A stretch of DNA of 64,000 bases from Octopus sinensis (GCF_006345805.1 NC_043008.1:79174001-79238000), one strand, 5' to 3'. Shown: positions 1 through 11,600, counted from the first letter of the stretch. Notes: generated from the sequence alone by a model not told the origin. Numbers and translations: made by a program.

Positions 1-3000
1 CTCCCTTTTTCCCTCACAGCTTCTCTCTCTCTCTCCCCGCTACAACGGAATGGACAACATGCAAAAATTAGAGGTGAATGCAAACACTGGCGTCAACAAA
101 AGCCAGCGTAACTGGACGAAAGTAGAGCTGGAAGTTTTCATCAGAGGATGGAGCTCGGCCGACAGATCGCAACCAACTAAAAACATAGTGGCGACCCTGA
201 AAAGCCATGGCTTTATGAGGACGTTGGCGCAAGTAGAGAGGAAGAAAAGAGAAGTCGAAAGGGCCTACACTCTCATTGCACCACACATGGCTTTGCTAAG
301 CCAAGTCCTCAAGGTGGACAAAGACAAAGAGAGAGAGATGGAAACAGGAAACACCAACCACAGAGTGTCAAAAAATGACACGCCCACTGCCACAGTCGAA
401 GAAGGCAAGCAGGGCAAACAACAGATAGGCGGCGATGGGGAAACAGAAAATAACCACCCGGATGAAAAGACCTATGCAGAAAGGAACCAGTGGACAACCG
501 TCCAACGGAGGAAGAAAAAACAGAGAGGAACTGGGGACAAGAAAACCCAGATAACATGCAAATTCTTCCGGAATGGAACCTGCTGGCATGGAGAAACAGG
601 GGAAGGATGCAGGTTCGATCATCCCAGGCCCTATGGAAATTGCATCAAACCCACTCGACCAAAATGCCTTAACCAAAACCAGAACAAATACAAGCTGCCC
701 CAGAAATATGCAGACATAGTGCGTAATGCCCCAACAAGGAGAAGGCGCACATTTGCAGAGGAAATGCAGACAGCGGCAGCAGAACAAAGAAATTTTGTGG
801 AAATGGCAGAGAAAATTGTGGGACAACTGGCCTGGATACATCGTCTTCAGAGCCAGGGGCACTCACAACAGCACTCAAGACCACCACAATCAAGGGACCC
901 AGGGTGGCCACCGCTGACGCCGGCCCAGGTGCCACACCGTCAGCCTTTATTGACACCCCTGGGTGTCTCACCAGTGCTTCTGCTGAATGTCAGAGGTCTG
1001 GTGAAACCCACTAATATGGGTAAAATTCCTTACCTTAGGGACTTGAGCACAAGCAACCATGCAATATGCATAGCGCTGACTGAAACGCACCTGTCAAGCA
1101 GTATAGCAGATGCAGAAATACACATACCGAAGTATACTCTTTTTCGGTCGGACAGGAAGGAAAGAACTCATGGTGGGGTTGCCCTGTACGTCCGTGAAGA
1201 TGTCACACCCATAGTACTGTTGACACACTCAAACTCAGTCTGTGACACACTGATAGTACACATGAAACAACCGAAAATAGTAATATGTGTCACATATCGG
1301 CCACCAGACACCCCTAGTCATGAAGGAGTGTTTGAAGATAGCCTCAGAAGAATAGAAGAAGTCCTGGACAAACTGGACCAGGGTAACACCATTCTACTGC
1401 TGGGAGATTTTAACCTTCCGAAAGTCAAATGGCCAGATGGCCATCTCCTCCCTGGAATGACATCACTTGAACAGAGACAGACAGAGTCCTTGTTGGCTCT
1501 CACACGCAAGTTTTTCATGGAGCAAGCAGTGCTTTGGCCAACAAGAGGTGAGAATGTCTTGGACCTCTGTTTCACAAGCAACCCGATGCTCATCCACAAC
1601 ATAATGGTAACACCAACAATTCTCTCAGATCACAACTTAGTAGAGGTAATGATATATGGTATGAGAGAGTTAGTTGAGACGCAGCCATTAGAAAATACCA
1701 CAGGCCTATCCAGTCTAAACTTCCATAAGGCAAACTGGAAGAAGATCAACGAAGAGATCCGAAAACATGACTGGAGTGACTTCATCACCACACAAGACAC
1801 CAACACACATTTCCAACATTTCATGACAACAATACAGAACATATGCCATAAGTTTGTCCCGGAGAAAAAAGCCAGCGGGCATAGGAACGTTATTCCCAGA
1901 GACAGGAAAATACTTATGAGGCGAAGAGCTAAGCTCTCGAAGCAACTGAATGCATGGCAGAGAAACAATGAGGACTCCACCTGAAACTTTTTGAAACGGA
2001 AACTGCACTCAAACTTTCCTATGAGAAGGAGAGGCAGAGAGAGAAGCCAGGGCCATAGAGAATATTAAAACAAACCCTAAAGCCTTCTTTAAATTTGCGA
2101 AAGAAACCACCTCGGTACACTGCAAGATTGGCCCACTCTTTGATAAAAAGGGCTCTCTAACTGAGGACCCCCAAGGGATAAGTGAAATACTAAAGGAACA
2201 GTATAAAAGTGTGTTCACATCCCCTCTGGAGCACATGCAAATCACAAACCCAGAAGTTTTCTTTGATGCCACAACACTCCAAAACCAAACAACAACCATC
2301 GACCACATAGACATAACAGAGAAGGATGTAATATCTGCCATAGAAGAAATGAGAATAAACTCAGCTGCTGGACCAGATGGATTCCCAGCAGTCCTCCTAA
2401 AAGCATGCAGGCATGCCCTAGCGGGACCACTGAAGAAGCGCTTCAGTGGTTCCTTGGCTAACGGTAAACTGCCCAGGGCGCTAAAGGAAGGCACCATATG
2501 CCCTATCCATAAAGGAGGGAGTAGAGCAGAGGCCAAAAACTACAGGCCAGTCTCCCTGACGTCACACATAAGTAAGATCATGGAACGAATCATCAGAAAA
2601 AAACTGATCACGTTCCTCGAAGAAACTAACCGTCTCACTGACACACAGCATGGCTTTCGCCCAGGAAGAAGCTGCCTTACGCAGCTGTTACAACACTACG
2701 ACTGGGTACTGAAACAACTACTGGATCGCTCACAGGTAGATGTGGTATATCTCGACTTTGCAAAGGCCTTTGACAAAGTCGACCACGGAGTGATATGTCA
2801 CAAATTACTCAGACTCGGCATAACAGGAAAAGTAGGTGAGTGGATACATGACTTCCTGAAGGACAGAAGCCAGATGGTTGCAGCCAATGGAGCCCTCTCG
2901 GGAAAGACACCAATAGCAAGCGGGGTGCCACAGGGCACAGTCTTGGGACCCTTGCTGTTTTTGGTGGCGCTCTTGACATGCCCTTGGTAGCACAAACAAC

Positions 3001-3997
3001 ATCCCTCACTAGCTATGCTGATGACACAAAGGTAGCACAGGCAATCAAAAACCCAGCTGATGCTGACCTTTTACAACAAGATCTGGATGCCATATACAAA
3101 TGGGCTGAAGACAACAACATGCAATTTAATGCTGGTAAATTTCAAGCCTTACAATATCAAGCTGTAAACACATATACATTACAACACAACTATACTGGTC
3201 CAGGAGGGATCGAAATCCCAGTATCGAAATCAATACGGGACCTGGGGATAGACATGAGTGACGATGCATCTTTTTCTTCACACATCGCGAAGGTGGCGAC
3301 AATGTGCAGACGACTCACTGGCTGGATCCTGAGGACATTCCGGACAAGAGACTGCGAGACCATGTTGACACTATGGAGGACATTTGTCCTAAGCCGCCTG
3401 GACTACTGCTCCCAACTGTGGTCACCGCATAGTGTCAAACTAACCACAGAGCTTGAGACAATCCAAAGACATTTCACCAAGATTTCCACCATGAAAGAAA
3501 AGAACTATTGGGAGAGGCTTAGGGAACTCAATTTGTACTCCTTGGAACGAAGACGAGAGAGATATGCAGTGATATACATATGGAAAATCCTGGAGGGACT
3601 AGCACCAAATTTTGGAATTGAGAGCTGTTCCAATCCCCGTACAGGACGTCACTGTGTGGTGCCAAAGGTCCCGTCTTCCACATCCAGGGTAAGGAGCAGA
3701 TACTGTAATAGCCTAGGGTTCAGGGGCCCTCACCTGTTCAACAAACTGCCAAGAAAACTAAGAGATCTACATGATGCGGATGTGGACATTTTCAAAAAAC
3801 ATCTAGACAAGCTGCTTTCCGGGATCCCAGATGAACCCACTGCAAGGTACGAAGGTAAGCTAAGGGCAGCAGCTACAAACTCTCTCTTAGATCAGTGGCC
3901 AGCCACGGCAAACTGGACTTAGAGAGGGTAGCAACAAGGGCGGTGCCCCAGCATGGCCTCAGCCGGATGGCTGAAACAAGTAAAAGAGTAAAAGAGT
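1..3997 (+). mobile_element. Near full-length APE-type non-LTR retrotransposon (CR1/L2 group), copy 1, with (TAAAAGAG)2 tail
   Basis: ORFs 50-1984, 2211-2990 and 2978-3922 carry APE endonuclease (LLLNVRGL, ALTETHL, LLGDFNLP, SDHNLV) and RT (QHGFRPGRSC, YLDFAKAFDKVDH, GVPQGTVLGP, YADD) motifs plus C-terminal YSLERRRERY; the 3' end GAAACAAG-TAAAAGAG-TAAAAGAG abuts (TA)n. Confidence 0.93.
50..3922 (+). pseudogene. LINE polyprotein: Myb/SANT-like N-terminus, CCCH finger, APE, RT; frameshifted near 1975, 2040 and 2972
   Basis: Reading frames can be rejoined by comparison with the second copy at 59.8-63.4 kb (e.g. GTVLGPLLFLVAL/SDMPLVAQTTSLTSYADD). Confidence 0.85.
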
Positions 3998-4048
3998 ATA
4001 TATATGCATGTATATATATATATATATATGCATGTATATATATATATG

Positions 4049-4956
4049 CCAACCGACACGGGGGCCAGACAGAGCTGGCAAACGGCCACGAGCGAATGGT
4101 GATACGTAAAAGCACCATTCGCTCGTGGCCGTTTGCCAGCTCTGTCTGGCCCCGTGTCGGGCACGTAAAAGCACCATCCGTTCGTGTTCGTTGCCAGCCT
4201 CGCCTGGCCCCATGCCGGGACACGTAAAAGCACCGTCCGTTCGTGGCCGTTTGCCAGCTCCGTCTGGCCCCGTGTCGGTGGCACATAAAAGCACCGTCCG
4301 TTCGTGTCCGTTGCCAGCCTTGGCTGGCCCCCGTGCCGGTGACACGTAAAAGCACCGTCCGTTCGTGGCCGTTTGCCAGCTCTGTCTGGCCCCGTGTCAG
4401 TGGCACGTAAAAGCACCATCTGTTCGTGTTCGTTGCCAGCCTCGGCTGGCCCCCATGCAGGTGACATGTAAAAGCACCGTCCGTTCGTGGCCGTTTGCCA
4501 GCTCTGTCTGGCCCCGTGTCGGTGGCACGTAAAAGCACCATACGTTCGTGTTCGTAACCAGCCTCGGCTGGCCCCCGTGCAGGTGACACGTAAAAGCACC
4601 GTCCGTTCGTGGCCGTTTGCCAGCTCTGTCTGGCCCTGTGTCGGTGGCACGTAAAAGCACCATCCGTTCGTGTCCGTTGCCAGCATTGCCTGACCCCGTG
4701 CCGGTGACATGTAAAAACACCATCCGTTCGTGGCCATTCGCCAGCTCTGTCTGGCACCTGTGCAGGTGGCACGTAAAAAACACCCACTACACTCGCGGAG
4801 TGGTTGGTGTTAGGAAGGGCATCCAGCCGTAGAAACACTGCCAAATCTGACTGGGCCTGATGAAGCCTTCCGGCTTCACAGACCCCAGTTAAACCGTCCA
4901 ACCCATGCTAGCATGGAAAGCGGACGCTAAATGATGATGATGATGATGATGATGAT
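4049..4956 (+). mobile_element. 5'-truncated RTE LINE 3' UTR copy with expanded tandem array and (GAT)n tail
   Basis: Ends in CCAACCCATGCTAGCATGGAAAGCGGACGCTAAATGATGATG; the same sequence directly follows the RTE ORFs at 13357-13620 (-), 20403-20760 (-) and 47400-47927 (+); flanked on both sides by (TA)n-TGCATG-(TA)n. Confidence 0.85.
4053..4785 (+). repeat. Tandem array of 12 ~61-bp units alternating A/B (higher-order ~122 bp)
   Basis: Anchor C(G/A)TAAAAGCACC recurs at about 4105, 4164, 4223, 4284, 4345, 4406, 4467, 4528, 4589, 4650, 4710 and 4772. Confidence 0.92.
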
Positions 4957-5117
4957 ATATATATATATGCATGTATATATATATATATATATGCATGTAT
5001 ATATATATATATATATATAACGGGAAGCTTTATGAAAATAAACAAAAGACGAAGGCAGGTGGGAAACAAACAAACAATTATATTAGTATGGCGCTCAGGA
5101 AATATACATAAAACAAG

Positions 5118-5155
5118 TCTTTAACGTTTCAAGCCTACGCTCTTCAACAGAAAGA
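5118..5155 (-). ncRNA. Minimal type I hammerhead ribozyme motif (variant core CUGUUGA) in Penelope pseudo-LTR
   Basis: Minus strand: UCUUU-CUGUUGA-A-GAGC(GUAG)GCUU-GAA-ACGU-U-AAAGA; 5-bp stem I, 4-bp stem II, palindromic ACGU stem III. Confidence 0.6.
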
Positions 5156-5969
5156 TACACAGAGAGAGAAAAACACAGAAAGAAGGAGAGAAAAAAAATG
5201 CGTGCAGTAGCTAACGAATCAACATGGCGATCTGATTTCGGCCAGAGGTCAAAGATCAAACATGAGACGCGAGAGCGAAATAAGGGGAGATAATAGGGTT
5301 AATAAAAGGGTTGAGGGACCAGCTAAAAGTGCGTGGGAGGGGTCTGGATGTGTGTATGTATAGGGTTGGTGTATGTATTAGTATGTATAAGGGTGTGTGT
5401 GTGTGTGTATGAGAGAGTATTAGTGCGTAAGTTTGGTCTGGACGTGCGTATGTATGGGGTTGGTGTATGTATTAGTATGTATTAGTATGTATTAGTACGT
5501 ATTGGTATGTATAGGTGTGTGTGTGTGTGTGTGAGAGAGTATAAGTGCGTATGCGGGGTCTGGACGTGTGTATGTATAGGGTTGGTGTAAGTATTAGTAT
5601 GTACTAGTATGTATTAGTACGTATTAGTATGTATTAGTTGGTGTGTGTATTAGTATGGCACATCATATGTGATGTGATGTGTAAAGTCATGTGGTGTAGT
5701 GAGGAGAAGAGGGGAGGGGGAGAGAAGGGGAGGGGAAGAAGAGGGGGAGGAGAAGGGGGAAGAGGAGACGATGGGGGAGAAGGAAGATGAGGAGGGGATG
5801 AAGGAGGAGAGGGGGAGAGAGAGAAGGGGAGAGAGGGAGTGAGGGAGCAGAGGGAAGGGGAAGAGGGAGGAGAAAGAGGGAAGAAGGGAAGGGGAGTAGG
5901 GGTGAAAGGATGAAGGACTGAAGAAGTAGGGGTCGGGGGGAGAAAGGATAGGTGTGGAGGGGGGTGAGG

Positions 5970-7562
5970 TTAGATGAGGAGGGGGGGAGAGTTGAGACCA
6001 AATGGCGTATAAGAGCGAAGAGAGAAGATTAATTCCTGTTCACGGCGCAAACGGGAATCCGGATGGCCTCTGTGTAAGGACAAACCGAACACAGATAGGT
6101 GTTGCAAGGAGTGACCGGTGGAGCGGAAATGGCGTGAGACCGGTGTGTCGTTCGCAAGGTGGATGTCACGAAGGTGTTCTGCGAACCGGTCAGCCAAGCG
6201 GCGTCCCATTTGTCCGATGTACAAGGAATTGCAGAGAGAGCAAGAGATGCAATAGATAATATTGCTGGAAGTGCAGGTGAAGGAGTGGATGATGGGATAG
6301 GGTCGATGGTGGGTGCTAGTGAGGCGGGTGGTGTTGGAGAGGTAAGGGCAAGTGCGGCAACGTGGGCGGGAGCAGGGGAACGAGCCGGGTTGGGAGGTAG
6401 GGTCAGGGAAGGAGCTATGGACCAAAAGGTCTCGAAGGTTGTGGGCTCGTTTGAAAGAGGGGAGGGGTCGGTTAGGGAAGAGGTGTGAAGTGGACGGGTC
6501 GGACTGGAGATGACGGAAAGCTCGAAGAATGGTGCGTTGGAGACGTAGGGTCGTGGGGTGGTAAGTGAGGGGAAAAGGGAGGCGGGAGACTACAGGGCGG
6601 GTTCGGGGAGAGAGAGCAGATACACGGTCCACGGACCGTGCTCTGGCAAGGGCGGTGCTGATAGTGGTGAGGGGGTATCCACGTAGGGTGAAGTGGTGAG
6701 CCATACGTTGAGACTGAGTCTCAAAGTCATGGTCGTCACTACAGAGCCTACGTAGACGGAAGAATTGGGAATAGGGGATGGAAAGCTTGGTGTGTTCTGG
6801 GTGGGAGGAAGAGAAGTTGAGGTATGAGTGTGAGTCTGTGTGTTTGTAGTGAATGGAGGTGGTAAGAGTGGAGTGAAGAATGCTAACCGAAATGTCGAGG
6901 AAGGAGACAGAGGTGTTGGAGATAGTGGAAGTGAAGTGGAGGGCTGGATGGAAAGATTGGACGAAAGAGAGGAAGGAATCTAGATGTTCGCGGGAGAGTG
7001 AGGTGGCACCGATAATGTCGTCAATATAACGACCATATAGTTCAGGAGTGGGACCAGTGAAATTAGAGAATATTTGGGCCTCAACATAGCCAACGAACAG
7101 GTTCGCATAGTTGGGGCCCATTCGCGTTCCCATGGCCACTCCCGAGACCTGATGGTAGAACTCGCCTGCGAACGAGAAGCAGTTCAGTGTAAGGACAAGT
7201 TCGGCCAGACGAATGAGTGTGGAGGTGTCAGGTACAGGGTTAGAGCGGAGGTCAAGAAAGTGTCGAAGGGCCTGCAGTCCTTCGTGGTGAGGGATAACAG
7301 TATAGAGGCTTTGGATGTCCATAGTAAAAAGGATTTTGGAGGAGCTGGGAGGAAAGGAGAAAGAGTTGAAAAGCCGGAGAGCATGGTTGGTATCGTGGAT
7401 GTGGGAGGGAAGAGATGCCACTAGGGGGGCAAGGACACGGTCGAGGTATTTAGAGATGAGCTCCGTGGGGCAGTTACAGGCAGAGACGATGGGGCGGCCA
7501 GGGTTGTTGGGTTTGTGGATTTTGGGGAGGAAGTAAATGGTGGGGGTACGTGGGGTTCGCAC
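5970..7562 (-). CDS. Penelope-like RT + GIY-YIG endonuclease (530 aa open; upstream part frameshifted and truncated)
   Basis: YFLPKIHK, GRPIVS, GVAMGTRMGPNYANLF, RYIDD, CSRPRCRTC linker, IIYCISC..C..LYIGQ, RFAEH. Confidence 0.9.
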   Translation of the reverse strand: MRTPRTPTIYFLPKIHKPNNPGRPIVSACNCPTELISKYLDRVLAPLVASLPSHIHDTNHALRLFNSFSFPPSSSKILFTMDIQSLYTVIPHHEGLQALRHFLDLRSNPVPDTSTLIRLAELVLTLNCFSFAGEFYHQVSGVAMGTRMGPNYANLFVGYVEAQIFSNFTGPTPELYGRYIDDIIGATSLSREHLDSFLSFVQSFHPALHFTSTISNTSVSFLDISVSILHSTLTTSIHYKHTDSHSYLNFSSSHPEHTKLSIPYSQFFRLRRLCSDDHDFETQSQRMAHHFTLRGYPLTTISTALARARSVDRVSALSPRTRPVVSRLPFPLTYHPTTLRLQRTILRAFRHLQSDPSTSHLFPNRPLPSFKRAHNLRDLLVHSSFPDPTSQPGSFPCSRPRCRTCPYLSNTTRLTSTHHRPYPIIHSFTCTSSNIIYCISCSLCNSLYIGQMGRRLADRFAEHLRDIHLANDTPVSRHFRSTGHSLQHLSVFGLSLHRGHPDSRLRREQELIFSLRSYTPFGLNSPPLLI

Positions 7563-7746
7563 AATTAGGTTGGATGCGGTGCGGGGGAGACGGGAGGACG
7601 AGATGAGGTCTTGGACAGTAGAGGATACCGTCTGTTGGTAGCTACGTTGGGGTTAGAGGGCAGAGGGGAATAGAAGGAGGTGTCATTGAGTTGGCGGAAA
7701 GCCTCGGCCCTATAGAGGTCCGCGCCCCACACCACTACAGCTCCAC

Positions 7747-7749
<3 letters not shown>

Positions 7750-7817
<68 letters not shown>

Positions 7818-7983
7818 TGTATATATATATGTATATATGCATGTATATATATGTATATATGCATGTATATATATATATATATATATAGCATGTATATATA
7901 TATATATATATATATGCATGTATATATATATATATATGTATACATATATATATATACACATGTATACATATATATATACATGT

Positions 7984-8017
<34 letters not shown>

Positions 8018-8511
8018 GCATGTATATATATAGATATATATGCATGTATATATATATATACAGATATATATATGCGTGTATATATATATACAGATATATA
8101 TATGCGTGTATATAAATATATAGATATATATATGCATGTATATATAATATATATAGATATATATATGCATGTATATATAATATATATAGATATATATATA
8201 TATATGCTTTATATATAATATATATGCATGTATATATATATATATATAATATATATATATCTATATATATGCATGTATATATATATAATATTATATATAT
8301 ATATATTGCATGTATATATAATATATATATATATATATATGCATGTATATATATATATATATATATATATGCATGTAGATATATATATATATATATATGC
8401 ATGTATATATATATTATATAATATGCATGTATATATATATATATATATATATATGCATGTATATATATATATATATATGCATGTATAATATATATATATA
8501 TATATATATGC

Positions 8512-8548
<37 letters not shown>

Positions 8549-8855
8549 TGTTATATATATATATATATATGCATGTATAATATATATATATATATATATG
8601 CATGTATATATATATATATATATGCATGTATATATATATATATATATATGCATGTATATATATATATATATATGCATGTATATATATATATATATGTATG
8701 TATATATATATGTGTGTTTATATATGTATATGTATATATATTTATATGTGTATATATATGTATACATATATGTATATGTATATGTATATATATGTATATG
8801 TGTATATATATGTATACATATATGTATGTATATGTATATATATATGTACGTATAT
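7750..8855. repeat. ~1.1-kb (TA)n satellite punctuated by TGCATG
   Basis: Direct reading of the sequence; it generates the many spurious IY/YI ORFs. Confidence 0.95.
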
Positions 8856-8929
8856 GTATAGCTTTGATAGGTTTCACCCAGTATAGGCCCAGGCCATGTC
8901 TAATTTAATAGCACCACCTGGTGAAGTCT

Positions 8930-11345
8930 TTTAGTTATATATGGTGCACCATGGCGCACTCTAGCAATGAGTTATTATTGTTGGAAATATATCCAGGTGT
9001 ATGAAGTTGGTCTGGGATTTTTTGAAGAAATTTATCCAATGAACATTTGAATTTTATGGGATCCATTTCTGTTTTGACATATTTTGGTATGGTATTAAAG
9101 AGAGCTGGACCGGTTAAGGTAAAGTAATTGTAACAATTGTTCAATTTTTGTAGTGGGTTGATAGCCTTGGATGGATTTTAAAATTGATGCCAACATCATT
9201 TGTGCAATATTGATGGAATATTTTCCACATAACACAAATGATGTAGCATTCCCGATGGTGTTGGAGAGAGTAGAGATTGAGTTTCTTTAGTCGACCCCTA
9301 ATAATCAATGCCTCTCATGCCATCTGTCTCTCTTGTTATTGACCTCTGGAGTGCTTCTACTTTCATAATGTGTTGCTTTGTGTGGGGGGACCACAGTAGG
9401 CAAGAGTATTCAAGGTGTGTCAGGCAAAAGTAGAGTAGAGAAGGATGATGGTTTGGGCATCTCTAGACTGGAAAGTTCTCAGAATCCAGGAGCAAATCTT
9501 GTGGGCCAATCAACCTTGTTGTTTATATGGGAACTCCAGCTCAGATTATTATCAACAATTACTCCAAGGTCTCTGGTGTTGTTAGATGACACTAGGGAGT
9601 TGCCAAGGGAATAACATATGGTAATTTCAGAGTTTCTTCTTTTCCAAAGTGGATCAAATCAAACATATCTTCATTTAAAAGCATATTGTTTTTTCCTGCC
9701 CATTGGACAATAGCAAAGAGATCTGACTGAAGGCATGTTCGGCCCCATGCCATTTATGGCTTTCTGGAGTTTGGAATCATCTGCAAAGATTTTCAATGTA
9801 GAATATTTGATGACATCTACAATGCTGTTGATGTAAATAATGAAGAGGAGTGGGCCCAACACAGTACCTTGTGGGACACCACTACTGACTTTGGCTGGGC
9901 TGGATTGTATTCCCTCAAACACAACATGTTGGGTTCTCTTTGTCAGGAAATATTTTATCCACTGCAGTAGCTTTCCACCGACTCTGATGTTGAACAGTTT
10001 CTTCAGCAGGATTTTGTGGTCCACTCTGTCAAATGCATTGCTGAAATCAAGGTATATGACTTCAGTGTTGGAGCCCTCTCCCAACGCTTTTAAGATGTCA
10101 TCAAAATGGTGCAGAAGCTGTGACAGGCTGTCCCTGCCATCACGGAAACCATGCTGGTTGGGGTTGAGCAGAAATGTTAGCACGGCGGGCAAAATGCTTA
10201 GCAGTTCAAATTCCGCCAAGGTTGACTTTGCCTTTCATACTTTCGGGATCAGTAAATTAAGTACCAGTTACACACTGGGTTTGATGTAATCGACTTAATC
10301 CCTTTGTCTGACCTTGTTTGTCCCCTCTATGTTAAGCCCCTTGTGGGCAATAAAGAAATAAGATTGTTGTCTTCGAGGAAGTGAGTTATTCGAGATCTCA
10401 CCACCCTCTCAAATACTTCAATGATATGAGAAGTGAGTGAAATTGGATGGTGGTTCACTGCAAGAGAGTTGTTTCCCTTTTTGAAGACTGGAACGACAGA
10501 CTGTGAAAGAAAATGTTCAGGAATGTAGCCTGCATCAAGTGAATTTCTCCAGGGCTCAGCTAGAGGGGATGCATCTTCAGGACAGTGACGAGGAACTTAT
10601 CAAGTTGTACTTGATCTTATCTATTTCTGTTATGATATCAGGAGCACCAAAAGTTATGTCAGATATGGTTAGTTGAAGGTTTACATCATTGATACTAGCC
10701 AGATCAATAGCATTAGTGCTATTGAAGACAGAGCAGTATTGTCTCTGCAGTAACTCGCACATGGATTTTGCATCATCATGTAGAGTGTTGTTCTCATCAA
10801 CCAGAGGACTAACTGTGGAAAGAGCGTCTTTATGTTTTTTTGCAAATGAAAAGAACATTTTGAGTTTTATTTTCTCATTGGCCCAATTCTCCTCAGCTGC
10901 TCTTTGTTAATGATGGTCATCATGCTTTTTTGGAGGTTATGTTTTTTTCCATTGGAGTGATGCAATGGCAATCGAATGGGTGTATTACTGCTGGCAGTAT
11001 TTAAGTTGGTTAATTTTCTTGTTAATTCTTTTTATTTTTCTTATAATTGCTCTTCTATTTCTAGGGATTCTGCACTTAGATTTGTATACTGATCTTAATG
11101 GAGTATGTTTTGTGCATTTATTTATCACAGTATCTACAAATGTCTGCCATGATGTGTTTATGTTGTAGGTGGGGTGTGTGTGTATGAAGGCCCAAATCAA
11201 CTTGTGAAAGATCATGATTCATAGCATCCCAGTCTGCCTTATGAAGATCCATAAAGTCAAATGGATGGACTGGAGAGATGTCACTAGATTTGATCTTTGG
11301 GTGGTAGAATCTCAGATCGCAGAGAACCATGTCATAGTCTAAAAG
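8930..11345 (-). mobile_element. Degenerate CR1/L2-group LINE (linker + RT + C-terminus)
   Basis: QHGFRDG, IYLDFSNAFDRVDH, SGVPQGTVLGPLLF, FADDSKL, GPALFNTIP..LDKFLQKIPD; multiple stops and frameshifts. Confidence 0.85.
10175..10363 (+). mobile_element. SINE 3' fragment inserted in the LINE RT
   Basis: Non-coding block (GTTGACTTTGCCTTTCAT...AAGCCCCTTGTGGGCAATAAAGAAATA) separates the contiguous RT motifs EDNNL and LNPNQHGF. Confidence 0.6.
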
Positions 11346-11496
11346 TAGTGGTGTTTTCCCACTGCAATATTGAGGATATATACACATATGTGTGTGTGTG
11401 TGTGTGTGTGTGTATGTATATATGTGTGCGTATATGTATATGTGTGTATGTGTATATATATGTGTGTTTATGTACATATATATATATATATACAAA

Positions 11497-11597
11497 CACA
11501 GGAGTGGCTGTGTGGTAAGTAGCTTGCTTACCAACCACATGGTTCCGGGTCCAGTCCCCTGCGTGGCACCTTGGGCAAGTGTCTTCTTGGGCCAACA
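11497..11597 (+). mobile_element. 5' fragment of tRNA-head SINE (same family as 39148-39540)
   Basis: CAGGAGTGGCTGTGTGGTAAGTAGCTTG...GGTTCCGGGTCCAGTCCC matches the 39148 head. Confidence 0.8.
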
Positions 11598-11600
11598 TTT

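Larger units (their letters stand above)
5019..7749 (-). mobile_element. Penelope-like element (Neptune-type), 5'-truncated, with 3' pseudo-LTR
   Basis: KGGAVVV motif at the 5' break, RT and GIY-YIG ORF, then a ~950-bp 3' region containing a hammerhead motif; both ends lie in (TA)n. Confidence 0.9.

Noticed and set aside
3873-4901. Long repetitive ORFs (342, 272 aa) and CRISPR-like periodicity
   Set aside because: Stop-free frames of a tandem repeat; there are no unique spacers, no cas genes, and the context is eukaryotic.
7565-8908. Many ORFs rich in I/Y/H/M/C (also at 17.9, 38.5, 49.9, 57.5 and 63.5 kb)
   Set aside because: Translations of (TA)n, (TG)n and (TATG)n microsatellites; not genes.
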